64,000 nucleotides of DNA from the NCBI GenBank assembly GCA_030265395.1, contig JARFYF010000046.1, positions 13,488,084 to 13,552,083 on the forward strand, read 5' to 3'. The notes below the pieces were generated by a model. It did no database searches, was not told the origin of the DNA, and was given only the letters and a program-made list of their open reading frames with translations. Both the position numbers and the translations under genes were made by a program. The DNA is from Rhina ancylostomus (lineage: Eukaryota). Every line of letters starts with the position of its first letter. Position 1 is the stretch's first letter. This document shows, piece after piece, positions 25,246 through 36,904 of the stretch.

Positions 25246-26904
25246 TCCAATTCACAGGGCAGCTCTGGCAATGAGGTCTCCAGCTGATTTGGCCCTGTGG
25301 TACTGCAGTAAATGCATGCATTGTGACCAAATGAAGCTGGATGCTTTACAGGGTATCAATTTATCTGTGACTTTTCAGGTGCAGAAGTCAGAAGTGAGCA
25401 GACATGTGAAGGTGGTGCTGGTGATTCTCTATGAAATTGCTGGCAAAAGCAAATATCTTTTGGCCCAATTGCAGTTCCAGCTGTAGCATTTACTTGACAT
25501 GCCTGTGATTTTAATTCTAGGATTCTTATTACGTTGTATCAGTTGCTCCATTTGAAATTTTTGTCATGCTTTTGGGATTTCAATTTGTAATCTGTTTAGC
25601 CATGTTATTTCTCAAAACCACATTTGCACCTTAGCTTCTGAGAGATGATATCTTTGAGGATCCCTTTTAATATGAAACATCTCCATATGATTTTAATCTT
25701 CTATTTCCAAGGCTGGCTTTGAATATTCATTTATTTCCAAATTTGCTGCAGATTCTAATATGTAAAACAACAAATAACCAGATTTTTACTGATGTGCAGA
25801 CAGAAAATGTATTGCAGATAGTGCTCTCATGGCTGCTTCGTTCCCTGAGACTGAACATAGCAACATCTTGAATGATGGTATGCATTTCTGTTTAAATTGG
25901 AAAAGTAAATTTAAAGTGCACTTTCAGTTTTGCTGTTCTTCCTGCTTTATTTTTCTTTCCCCTCCTCCTTTATTTTCTCTTTTTTAAATTTGGAAAATAT
26001 TTGAAGTCATTAATCTGTTGTTCCACATATATGCTAAATAGAAAATTAGAGAGGAATGGCTTGTGACACAGAACAATGGCCTTCTGTAGAATATAACAGA
26101 GCATGTAGCCAAAGAACATGTAGGTCCAACATCAAATCTCAGCTTATTCGCTCCATGAATGAGCTGCTTGGCCAAATGTCTGCATCCTGTCCCACAAAAG
26201 CAATATTCCAAATTGAACACAAAGCAAGCTTTGGAAAATCATATTTATCACTGTTCAAATAATAATACTCAGTTTAACATGTGCTTTTATTGCCTTTTCA
26301 TTTTCATTGAAATTATACTAGAGGATTTGTCTTTTGCTTTATTTTAATGTATGGGATTCCCCCATTCTTTGGCACTCTTGGAGGGCTCTGCCATGACTAT
26401 ATGTGAAGCCTCTCTTTTAAGAAAGGAGTCTTATTTTTCCTCGTGTTTAGTTCTTGTAGATCACTCCGAAGCTAATGTTTGCCTAATTAAATTTGATTGT
26501 TCAAATGTACTTTACAAGTTAGATATGCTTTTAAATGTTGTTCATTTTTGAATGTTTGGTTTTTGAGATGTCTTTTGCAATATTAATGGATCCCAAAGCA
26601 TCTTAAGTTGTCAGCAAGCATGCTTTTAAGAAAAGTGATCTGTGATTTGATTCACAAAATACTAATTCCTGGGGTAAGAATTCAGTATGCGGAATAAGTT
26701 GAGAATTATTGCAAATAGCTTTGGAAATTGTTATTGTTTGGAGAAGATATTGTCTTAATAAAATGTGACTGTTTTTCTGATTAAATTATAATCTCAGATC
26801 TGATTTTTCAATCAGCTCATCAGGTCGGGGCCAACAAAGACTAAAAGTATTTGTTTTGTTTTCCTTTTGATCGCAACTAATGTGGTTAATTCAAAACAAA
26901 ATGT

Positions 26905-27622
26905 CAGGTAATATATTTCTGAGGATCAATGAGGCGGAGATATATGGAGTGAACAATAGGAGCTTAAGTACCACTGAGATGCAGAGTAACCTTGTGTTCA
27001 TGTCCAAGGCTGCAGTATGGGTAGATAGTGGTTAAGAGGCATAAAGGATACTTGCCTTCATTAGCTTTGGCGTAGAATCTAACGGTAGGGAGGTAATGTA
27101 CAACTATACAAAATATTAGTTATGTCACTTTTCGTGTATTGTGCACACTTCTGATTTCCACACCATTGGAAGAATTTCAGTTCATTGCACACTGGAGAGG
27201 GTGCATTGGAGATGGACCAGGGTGTAGCTTGGTATAGAGTTTCAGCAAAGGGAAGAGACTGGACAAATGGGTTTGTTTTCCTTGAAGCAGAGGTGACTGA
27301 AAGGGGACTCTTAGTTATATAAATTTGCAAGGCAGAGATCATGGGAAACTTTTTCCCCTTTAGTCAAGGGGCCTAAGATTAGAAGGGAAGAGGTAGGAGA
27401 TTTGAGGGAACAAAATTTTTCACCCATTGGGTGGTTTAAATCTGGAATGCACCATCTGAAGGAATGGAGTATTTTAAAAAAATAGATGAGCACCTCAGTG
27501 CTATGTCTTTGATGTCTCCGGGTTGTGCACTGGTTAATAGGATTGGTATAGATTGCTTTAGATAGGTGGCAGGGCATGGATGTGAAGAGCCAAAGGGCAC
27601 GTTTGCATTCTGTATGACTCTC
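26905..27622 (+). mobile_element. Degenerate CR1 3' region
   Basis: atacttgccttcattagc (ILAFIS), tacaaaatattagtt (YKILV), ctggagagggtgca (LERV); tail gagccaaagggcacgtttgcattctgtatgactct. Confidence 0.75.
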
Positions 27623-29066
27623 AGAATCTTAAGAGAATAAATGACCTTGCTATGGGAGTTGGTTTATTCTATAATTCAATATGTTATTAACAATCAGTTT
27701 ATTTGAGCAAGATTTATATTTCACCCACACTTACAATTTCATTATACTTAGATGAAAAAGCACTAATCTTTTTGATGTTAATACTGTTATTCTAAAGTTA
27801 ATGAAGCACTCCATCTTTCCAATTTAACAATTATACCAAAAATTTGAAGTTAGCCTATGCTTATTGATATAATTATTTGAGTGCAAATTTGTTAAATGGG
27901 CAAGAGATGAGATTATGCAGATTTATAGATTCTCCAGTTATTTCACTTTATTGATGACAAACAGTTTATTTGTTGGTTTTGTAGAATTCAGTTGCTTGTT
28001 GTTATTGCTTGTTTAAAAAGACAAATTATTAGAATAAAATTTACATTCTAACATTCTCAGACTATTATTTTTGTTGTAATGTCAAAGGTGCATGGGTTTT
28101 GCAGATTTGCACTTGTGTTATCCCAAGTTGTAATATTAGGATACATTTTAAAATTGTGTAAAGCTGATCTTTGGGTGTAACTTGTTTTCTCATACTGCTT
28201 GATGCTATTTTAGTGGAAGCGAAGGCAGGTTGGCTTGGAGTTCCTAAGGTTTAGTAATTTCTGAAGTTCAGTGCCAATAATTAAGTGATGGATTTCAAGC
28301 AAACTGGATACTCATTCCTTTTGAAAGATAAGTTGTTTATAGTCCTGATCATATTTTCTCAGTATATTTTAATGTTTACATTAAATGGTGTGGTTTATAT
28401 TTGCTATACCTATCACATGCAATATTTAAATAATCCCAGGTGTGTTTTCTGTATGAATACATATGAAAATTTTTATTTTAATACATATTGGGTAGTAAAC
28501 AAAGTTGGTGGTTGCAGGGAGCGTAATTGACACTTGCTGTGTGAACTGAATCCATTGGTTAAAGTTCCTTGATATTGTTGTACTGTGACATGTGAAAATT
28601 TTTCTTGGTATCTCTGTGCAAATTATTTTTTCTGAGATTAGTAACCAGGCACATGTCAAATGTTTAGATGAGACGTTATTGTGAATTTTTTAAAAATGTT
28701 GTTCAACTAGAAATAAAATATGAACATTAACAGATTAAATATTTGTATCAATTCAGGAAAAGTCCTGTTTACTCAGGTTCTTGAATAATTTAGTTCTCCA
28801 TGTTACAATTCCAATGGTGCTTTTTGTGCTCCTGCCACAGAGATTTTTAATATTTTTAAGTTGATTAATCTGAATATTTAATTTAGGACCTACCCAATTT
28901 AAATAAACCTGTTGATTATTAACCCTACGGAAAATTAGTGATTTGTTAATATCACGTTATGTACCAATTCAAGATCTTCCTGTCTATTTAGTTGGGAAAA
29001 CAAAGGACATGAAAATAGAGATCTAAGCATTATCATCTTCAAGCAAGTTTAAAGACTCCTTCCGGA

Positions 29067-29071
29067 GTGTG

Positions 29072-29119
<48 letters not shown>

Positions 29120-29130
29120 CATATACACAC
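29067..29130. repeat. (GT)17 microsatellite with (AT)/(AC) flanks
   Basis: Pure GT run at 29081-29114. Confidence 0.95.
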
Positions 29131-29325
29131 GCCCCTTTCTAACAATTTCAATTTGTGCATTTGATTTTAACTGAGAAGCTCCAAGAAGAATTTCCTTGTC
29201 TTACTTTTGTAATTTTTGTTAATCATAGTTCTCTGCCTTTTGTCACAAGCACTTCTTCTGTCACCAGGAATGGCTTCAACCTATCCTCTGTATTGAAGTA
29301 TTTACGATTTTAATTTTTTTTTATT

Positions 29326-29684
29326 TACAGTGTGGTAACAGGCCCTTTTCAGCCCAATGAGTCCTCACTGCCTAATTTAAACCCATATTAACCTACCCAT
29401 ACGTCTTTTGGAATGTAGGAGGAAACCGGAGCACCCGGAGGCAACNNNNNNNNNNNNNNNNNNNNNNNNNNNNNNNNNNNNNNNNNNNNNNNNNNNNNNN
29501 NNNNNNNNNNNNNNNNNNNNNNNNNNNNNNNNNNNNNNNNNNNNNAGGAAACCGGAGCACCCGGAGGAAACCCATGCAGACATGGGAGAATGTACAAACT
29601 CCTTACAGACAGCGACGGGAATTGAACCCCGATCGTTGGTGCTGTAATAGCGTTGTGCTAATGGCTATGCTACCATGCCACCCC
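29326..29684 (-). mobile_element. tRNA-derived V-SINE (HE1-like) with a CR1-type tail
   Basis: On the minus strand: A-box-like tggtagcatagcc, B box GGTTCAATTCC (29618-29628), V-domain gggtttcctccgggtgctccggtttcct, tail gggctgaaaagggcctgttaccacactgta. Interrupted by a 100-N gap. Confidence 0.9.
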
Positions 29685-30029
29685 CACTTTGTATGACAAA
29701 TTTGTGTGCCTTTTTTCAAAGAGTAAAACTTGATCATTCTTTGTATGAGTGAGGTTCCTAATCCCTTGTGGGATGCTGGTGAAAATGTGGTTCCCCGAAT
29801 TGAACACCACAGTTGTTCTGGGGCCGAGTTAGTGTTTTGTGCAATAGATTCGTATAACTTCCTGATAAAGTTAAACTTGCCACACATTATTAAAGTTTTC
29901 TCAACTTGTTCTGTCAGTTTCAGTGATTATATATCACAATGTCTTTATGCATCCACAATGTTTTTAAAATTATAACTATTTGTTTATACCTGTGTCACTC
30001 TTCCTTATAAAATATGAATGTTGTTTCAC

Positions 30030-30460
30030 AAATTCCTGCATTTCATCAGTTACTTTACATTGTCATTATCTCTATTGTTTATGACATTTGAGTTTTGTTT
30101 GCACGATTTCAGATTTGTTCTCCAAACCCCCGCACACATCAAAAAAGGCTCCCAATGTTGATCCAGGAACAGCACTGAAAACTTCCATTGATTAAATAAT
30201 TGTTTACCATATTGCTTTCTGTTCCTTAGCTAATCTTGTATCACACCATCTCTTCATTCAATCCCTTGCACTTCATTTTGGCAAATGAGCATATCAGCAT
30301 TTGAAAGTTTGTACACATCAACCCATAAATTCCTCTTCAAAGTGCTAGCTCAACTAATTCAAACATGATGTCCTTTCAAGCAATCTGTGTTGCCTTTTCA
30401 TTTATCATCCATACTTTCCCAAATGCTAATTGATTTTTTTTCATGTTTGTCTCAATTTCC
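30030..30460 (-). mobile_element. Old CR1 RT fragment
   Basis: The minus strand has decayed QHRLLERTSCL (like QHGF..RSCL), VDVY..F and VPGSTLG (like VPQGSVLGP) motifs. Confidence 0.5.
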
Positions 30461-31689
30461 CAAGTATATCTGATGTGTTAACCAAATAGGCTGTTATGTT
30501 GCTGGTGGACATTCAACATGGAATTGTAAACTAATGCATTTTGGTAGAAAGAATGAGGATATATAAATTTCACAATTTTAAAGGAGTGTACCCAAAGAAT
30601 AAGATGAAAAGGCTATTCAAAATAAGTTGACTGAACCCCCACTTTCACCTATTAAAGCTACTCAAATGTCATCTTCAATTTGTGTATCTTTCTCCTGATG
30701 TAGATAATTAATTTCCATCTTGGCTTTGGGCAATCTTCACTTTCCTCAATATATTAACCATACTCAGAAGTCAATTACTGCATGAAAATGTAGTTGGATT
30801 CTTCCAAGTGGTCTCATAAAAATCGGGAGAAGAATCACACAAAGCATAAAAGGAAATAAATCGCAAGTCAAATTCTGTAGGACTTTGCTAGGTATCATAT
30901 ATGCTATAGCCCTGGAGTAGCCTTGAGCTCCAGAAATTATACAGTGGGCTGTTCCTTAGTCATAATGTACAGCAATTTTCTATACACCAATACATCCAAA
31001 ACTCCTGAGCATATACCATTGATGTTGTGTTACTAATTAGTTCTGGGTGAAGACTTTTTAGAAATGAGCCTGTTTATTTGCAACATAAATGCTATTTTGT
31101 GTGCCATTTCAGTTTGTACTCTAATTTTCACATGTAGATATAATTTGAAAAAGAATAGTTGCTGCCTCTTTCAAACCTGCACATGATTTGAGGAGGTAAA
31201 CATTCATTGTTCATCTTGTTGTCAGAAAGCAAAATAAAAATTCTGATAATGTATAATGGGCAAGTTGACATCTGTAAAAGAAATGAGGTTATGTTGCTTC
31301 AGCAGACTAATGTATGTAACCGTCTCATTTATCTGTCTGAATCAAGATTGATCTGCATTTTGAGCATTCTATTTCAAATTTCTGCCATTTCAATTTCTCT
31401 GCTTGCTTTTGAAGTAATTAGTTTGGCTCTTCAAGGTTTTTTTTTGCCAGGTTATGTCAGGGTCTGTTCCTGTGAACTGTTGGTAGCCCAAACAGTTCAC
31501 AAGTTGAAAATATGGCTACAAACAGAGTTATCAGGTGGCAGAAGATGCCTGCAGCCAACAAATCCATTTCACTGGTTTCCCAAACTCTTGTTCATAGGTA
31601 CATAAGTTGGGCATTTGTAAGCTGGGGAGGACACATTTTACTTCCCAGAATTCTTTCAGTGAGAAGTAATAGGTGAATATACATGTGAG

Positions 31690-31885
31690 ACTAAAACCAA
31701 TGTTGGAAGTACTCAGGTGGGGCAGCATCTCTGAAAAAGAGAAACAATGTTGTGGCTTGGAGACCCATTAACAGAATTAACATTTCAGGTTGCTCTTTTC
31801 ATAGGTAGCGCCTTACCTATTTAGTGTTTAAAACATTTTTTGTTTTTATTTGAGACTTCCAGTATCTGCAGTTTATTGATTTTCA
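31690..31885. repeat. Penelope-like fold-back repeat copy
   Basis: Left arm aatgttggaagtactcaggtggggcagcatctctg..gagaaac; right arm ..cattttttgtttttatttgagacttccagtatctgcag. Confidence 0.6.
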
Positions 31886-32677
31886 GTGTCATATGAGATG
31901 AGTTGAATCGGGGACTTTTAAACAGCATGTCAAGAATAACATTGTTTATTGACGATAAGACTGGGCATGAAATGATCAGACAGATTATTCTTGGACAATT
32001 GAATCATGCAGATATCTTATGAAATTATCACACAGTGAAAAGTTTTGAAAATAAACTAGGGAAGATCCAAGGAAGTAAGAGGATTCATTCTTTGTTTTTG
32101 GGTGAACATAATGAAGAAAACATTATGCTTAAAAGAGATTTGAAAGGGATGTGCAAGATCTCGGTGGGTTTAAAGGTAACTAGAAAATATTTCCAATAGC
32201 AGGTGGTTCAAAGCCCACCTCATGCCTTTTGTGCCATTTGTTAAGTTTGTGACTGCTCTTTCATCATAATGCCATTTTCCTGCACAAACCCTATACTCCT
32301 TGATTCCCTTGTCCATGGACAAGGGCTTAAAGTGGGCAGTAGAAATGAGGTGTGGGGGGAGAAAGACTTTAAACAAAGATTCCTTGTGACCTAGAATTAT
32401 CTGCCTGTAAGGGTGGTGGAAGCAGTCATACATTTTGTGTGAGAACTGGACAGTTACACACTGTTCATTGGTAGCTGCAAGCTCTGGCATCATAATGGTT
32501 GTTATCATTGACTCTGCAAAATATTAAGTGCTGTGATTTTTAGGAAAGCGTGTCTTTTTTAATATGTGGAGGGCTGACAGTTGGCACTGACTAAATGCTC
32601 TGCATGGAGAGCATAATATGATCATGTTTTTGCTCCCGATTTATTATTTTAAAAGATGATTGATTGTATGTATCAAA

Positions 32678-32753
32678 ATTTTGTCGTCTACGGCAGTTAA
32701 CCTTGAAATGTATTACATGCATTTCAAGGTTAACTGTAGTGGACAACAAAAAG
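32678..32753. repeat. Long hairpin/palindrome
   Basis: 32694-32710 CAGTTAACCTTGAAATG is the exact reverse complement of 32720-32736. The stem extends on both sides with G-U pairs. Confidence 0.9.
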
Positions 32754-34876
32754 TTGTAGGCCAGTAAAGTTCTGACGTATATTCTGCCATCAAATTTTGT
32801 AATCTTCATTGCTAACACATCAGAGGTACATTTCACATCTTGAGGAATTCATAAGGAATTTGTGAAACAGTTTACATTTGTGAGCACTGTTCAAGGCTAG
32901 TGGTTAATGTGAGATGGTTTTCAGGATTTTGGCATTTTTCTAGCATTTGAAGAGTTTTAGCATTTTATTAAACAAAAACTTTCCAGAAAGAAAGTATTGC
33001 AAATATATACAGATGTGAAACACAACAGTTAGCAAGAAAGAGGGTTGCGTAGGTACTTCAAAAGTAAGTAATTAGCTGAAAAGCATTTTGGGACACCCTG
33101 AAATTGTGAAACTTGCTATATAAAAACAAGTATTTTTTTGTACTGTATTACTGACCAGGTTTTGAGTGTTGTTGCAATTTCATCTATGCAATTTCATCTA
33201 TTCCCCTATGGCCTTCGATTTATTTGGTATTTGAGTCTAGATCTGCTTTCAGCTGCTTGTTGGACAGTGGGAACATTACGACAACTATATTTAAGTTGGC
33301 AATAGTTTTTGAGCATTTTCACTCTTAGTAGCCATATTTAACAAGGGGATTGTTGCTGATTTTTTTTTCTGTCCCAGTTTGTTGACAGTCCTAATTATTG
33401 TTGTTTGATGACCGCCATCAGTAGAACCTGGGGTTTTCCTGATGTGTTTGAATAAACACCAGAAAAGCACACTGAGCCATTGTGGGCACTCCTATCAGCA
33501 CTTCAGGGGATAAATGTCGTCTTTGAACATTTGCTTAATTCTAGTTCGTCTGATGTAGTTTTATTCACCATTTTAATTTAAAAAAAACCTCCACAAATTT
33601 AATTTTCTGGTCATTACTGTTCAGAAGTGATTTTGTCCATGTTGCAAGAATTGAACACAATTGCTGTTGGCTGTCCTCAGTCAAGATAAAAAGGATTTAA
33701 AAGTATCTTGCACCAATGTATGCATTGATTTGCACTCCAGAACTGGTCTGGTACAAGTCAGGATTTATTGACTGCACCCTGGTAACATTTTTAAAAGGTT
33801 ATCAGCTTTCAAATATTAAAATAATCTCTAATAGTGAAGTACCTTTTTTGTAGAATGGAATAATGAATTGAAATTTGAGGGTTTTTATATTCTCAATTTT
33901 CCTTCTGGCATGAAGACCATTGAATAGTCTTTTAAAATCTTCAGTAATATCAATTATGACAAGCTCCCTGGAGAGCTTCGTTGGTAATGGGAAGGAAAGT
34001 AATTTGAAACCAGCCTAAAGCTGTGGGTCCATGGTAAACTATATACGCATTTGTGGATTTTTGCAAGACACATCGTTCAGGCTCAACTATCTAATATAAA
34101 TTTCATAAAGAACAACTTGGTCCACTTGACATGTTGCAGAAGAGTCTCCCTCTGTCATTTTTGCATTTTGTGTGTTATCTGCCAGAATTTTTGGACTATA
34201 TCCTACAATGAAACTAGTATTTTCAAAATGTTTAAAGCCATCGTTTTTACTAAACCAATCCCTAATGGTTACTAGGATGACAGTCAAATGGCATTATCCA
34301 ATTATAAATAACTCGTGCAGGCGAGGATTTGCATCTCAGTTGATTTAACCATTTGGTCCATGTATCAAAATTTGCCAGTTCAGCTGCAGGTCATCCGTCT
34401 GCAATATTGGCTCAGTTTTTTTCCTTTCGCCGCTAGCATAGCATACATAACATGCTGGGCATTTCCTATAGCTGTGCATTTCACAGCTTTTCCCTTCCTT
34501 TTGATTGTGTAATCTCCATTAACCTATCAACCAGATAACTTCAATAGCTCCTCCCTGTGATTAGTAAAATATGATATTATGGTGCATCTGTTATCTGAAG
34601 AATAGATTATGTGAAAGAGGCCTTAAACAAGTTGTGTTTTTGATGTATTTTTAAATTTGCATCAGGTTTCTGGAGGCAGTCTGGTGTAAGTAGTTAACAC
34701 AAATGATTCTTACCCACTGTTACTGTATTCGGCTTTATAACACACTGCCTTTGAAATGTAGGATGATAAGATTGTGATATTTAATTGTGCTTTGTCTTTG
34801 AATCCAAGTTCAGACATCCAAGGATGGAATTTGGTATTATCAATGCTATTTTTGAAACTACAATCTAACTACAATA

Positions 34877-35068
34877 GCCTTGCACTTATTGTATGCCTGC
34901 ACTGCACTTTCTCTGTAACTATAGCACTTTATTTTGCATTTTGTTACTGTTTGCACTTGTATATCCTCAATGCACTGATGTAATGAAATCTATATGGATG
35001 GCATGCAAAACAAAGTTTTGCACTGCACTTCAGTACATGTAACAATAATAAACCAATTTACCGACCAA
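34877..35068 (+). mobile_element. Rex1-type 3' UTR fragment
   Basis: ttgcacttattgt..ctgcactgcactttctctgtaact..ggatggcatgcaaaacaaagtttt..cagtacatgtaacaataataaaccaattt is a common elasmobranch LINE 3' end, recognised from memory. Confidence 0.6.
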
Positions 35069-36904
35069 GGGCATGTATCTCAGAGGCAGTTGAATGTCAG
35101 TGGATTCCTTAAGTTTCTGGTCACAGCCAACTTGCTTCAGCACAGTCTTTCCATTCAGTACATTTTATGTCCTTCACTTTGAACTGCAAGTTTGATTTCT
35201 ATGTTCATTACTTCCTATTCTTAATGAATGTGACTATTCAAGTCTTTTTATTCATCTACCTGTAATAGAGACCCCCATTGTTGTATGTATTTGTTTCTTT
35301 AAAGGTTCACGGAGTTTCAGCTGAAAAACACTGCCATTGGCCAATCATTCCTGAAGAAAATTATCATTTCATATTTAAATGTTGGTAGTTTTGTTTTCTT
35401 TGCAAAGTTGGTATTAGGTGATAGAGGTTGCACATTATATTTTAGAGAGCTGAAACATCTCATTTGTTCGAAGTGTTGCTTAATATGTAGCATACATATT
35501 AATTTGTACTTGGAAAAGTAACCTTTTAAAATTTGAAACAATGGTCTGTACTTATTGTGCTGCTGTATGAAAATGTTCTCTGGCATTTACTTCAAGACAT
35601 TGTCATTCTGTTTTCAAAATAATACCTATTATATAGGTAAGTTGTGTGTCAGGAGTTAATTTTGCATCTACAGAATGTAGCTTTAAGATAACTACACAAT
35701 GTTTGGTTTAGTTAAATCTAGCTTTTGAAATATTTATGTTCAAGGTTTTGGGGAGAGCAGTGCAGTATATTTCCCATACCATTCCCTCCATGAACATACA
35801 AACACCCCACAAATTGTGAAACACTCCACAAAAGTTTTTTTACTGGGGTTCCACTTTTCTTGCAATGGAGCTTGTGGATTGCAAACAATAAGCTGTTGTT
35901 AAAATTGCAAGCTTGCTTTGTATGGCTCAGTGTTTGTACTCTTGTATGGCTTTTATGGTCTTTCCCTCTGGCAAAGTTCCAGCCTTGTCACCTGTCGAAT
36001 CAATTGGGTGCATGCATTTTAGTTCCAGCTCAGTACTTTCTTCCGTATGGAATTTCCTTTCATTCTAATTGAAGAGAAGCATTAATTTCTGGTCTGTGGA
36101 AAATGGTACTGAAGGAACTTTTTTGAGACATTAAACTTTTGCATTCGTTGTCATTTACCAGTTTTTTATCAATTTCTTTTGCTACCAATGATACACTCTT
36201 CCCTTTCAGTCCCTTTTCCCCTCAAAAATAACAAGGTTTAAGTTTGTGATTGTTTATGTTGTGATATTTGGTCAGGTGGCAGCTATTTATGTAATTTAGT
36301 GATTGAGTTATTTGACTGTGGGGGAGGGCATCTTATTGAATTTGCAGCTCAAATAGACACTTGGCTGAACAGTCTGTGCCAGTGTTTGTACTCTATATGA
36401 CGAAGGGTTCAGTCAAATCCCATCATGCATCCAATTACTACTTCGCTTACTTGAATAACCTCAAATGCACCTATTATTTGTTGGAACTACATTTTGGGAA
36501 AGAATTTAACATTCTGACTATTTTGGGGGTGGGGGAAGAAACACTCAATGGCTATTTAAATGGTTATCTTCCATTTATAGGGCCTTTTTTGTTCAATCTG
36601 TCACTGTTAATTCTTTATCCTTGCCCAATTTTGCAAGGAGAGTACATTCATTTTAGCATGACAGATCAGGAAGAGGACAAAATTTAATCTTTCAGGCAGG
36701 CTGTATCCCATTCAATACATTAAGTTCATTTTTCATGTTCCATTTCAAGTTGCATGAATTGGAAATACACCTAAACTTGCAATGTATCCTGGAATAGCTG
36801 TCAAGTTACGTCATTTTAGATCTGAATGAGGGAACGTGAAGAATTAGTTTTCCTTTTAAGTAAACCAAAGTCCTTTTTGCATTTGGATTAAGTTAACATT
36901 TGGA

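Noticed and set aside
29590-29684. tRNA-like A/B boxes
   Set aside because: This is the head of a V-SINE. There is no complete cloverleaf, and a V-domain and LINE tail follow.
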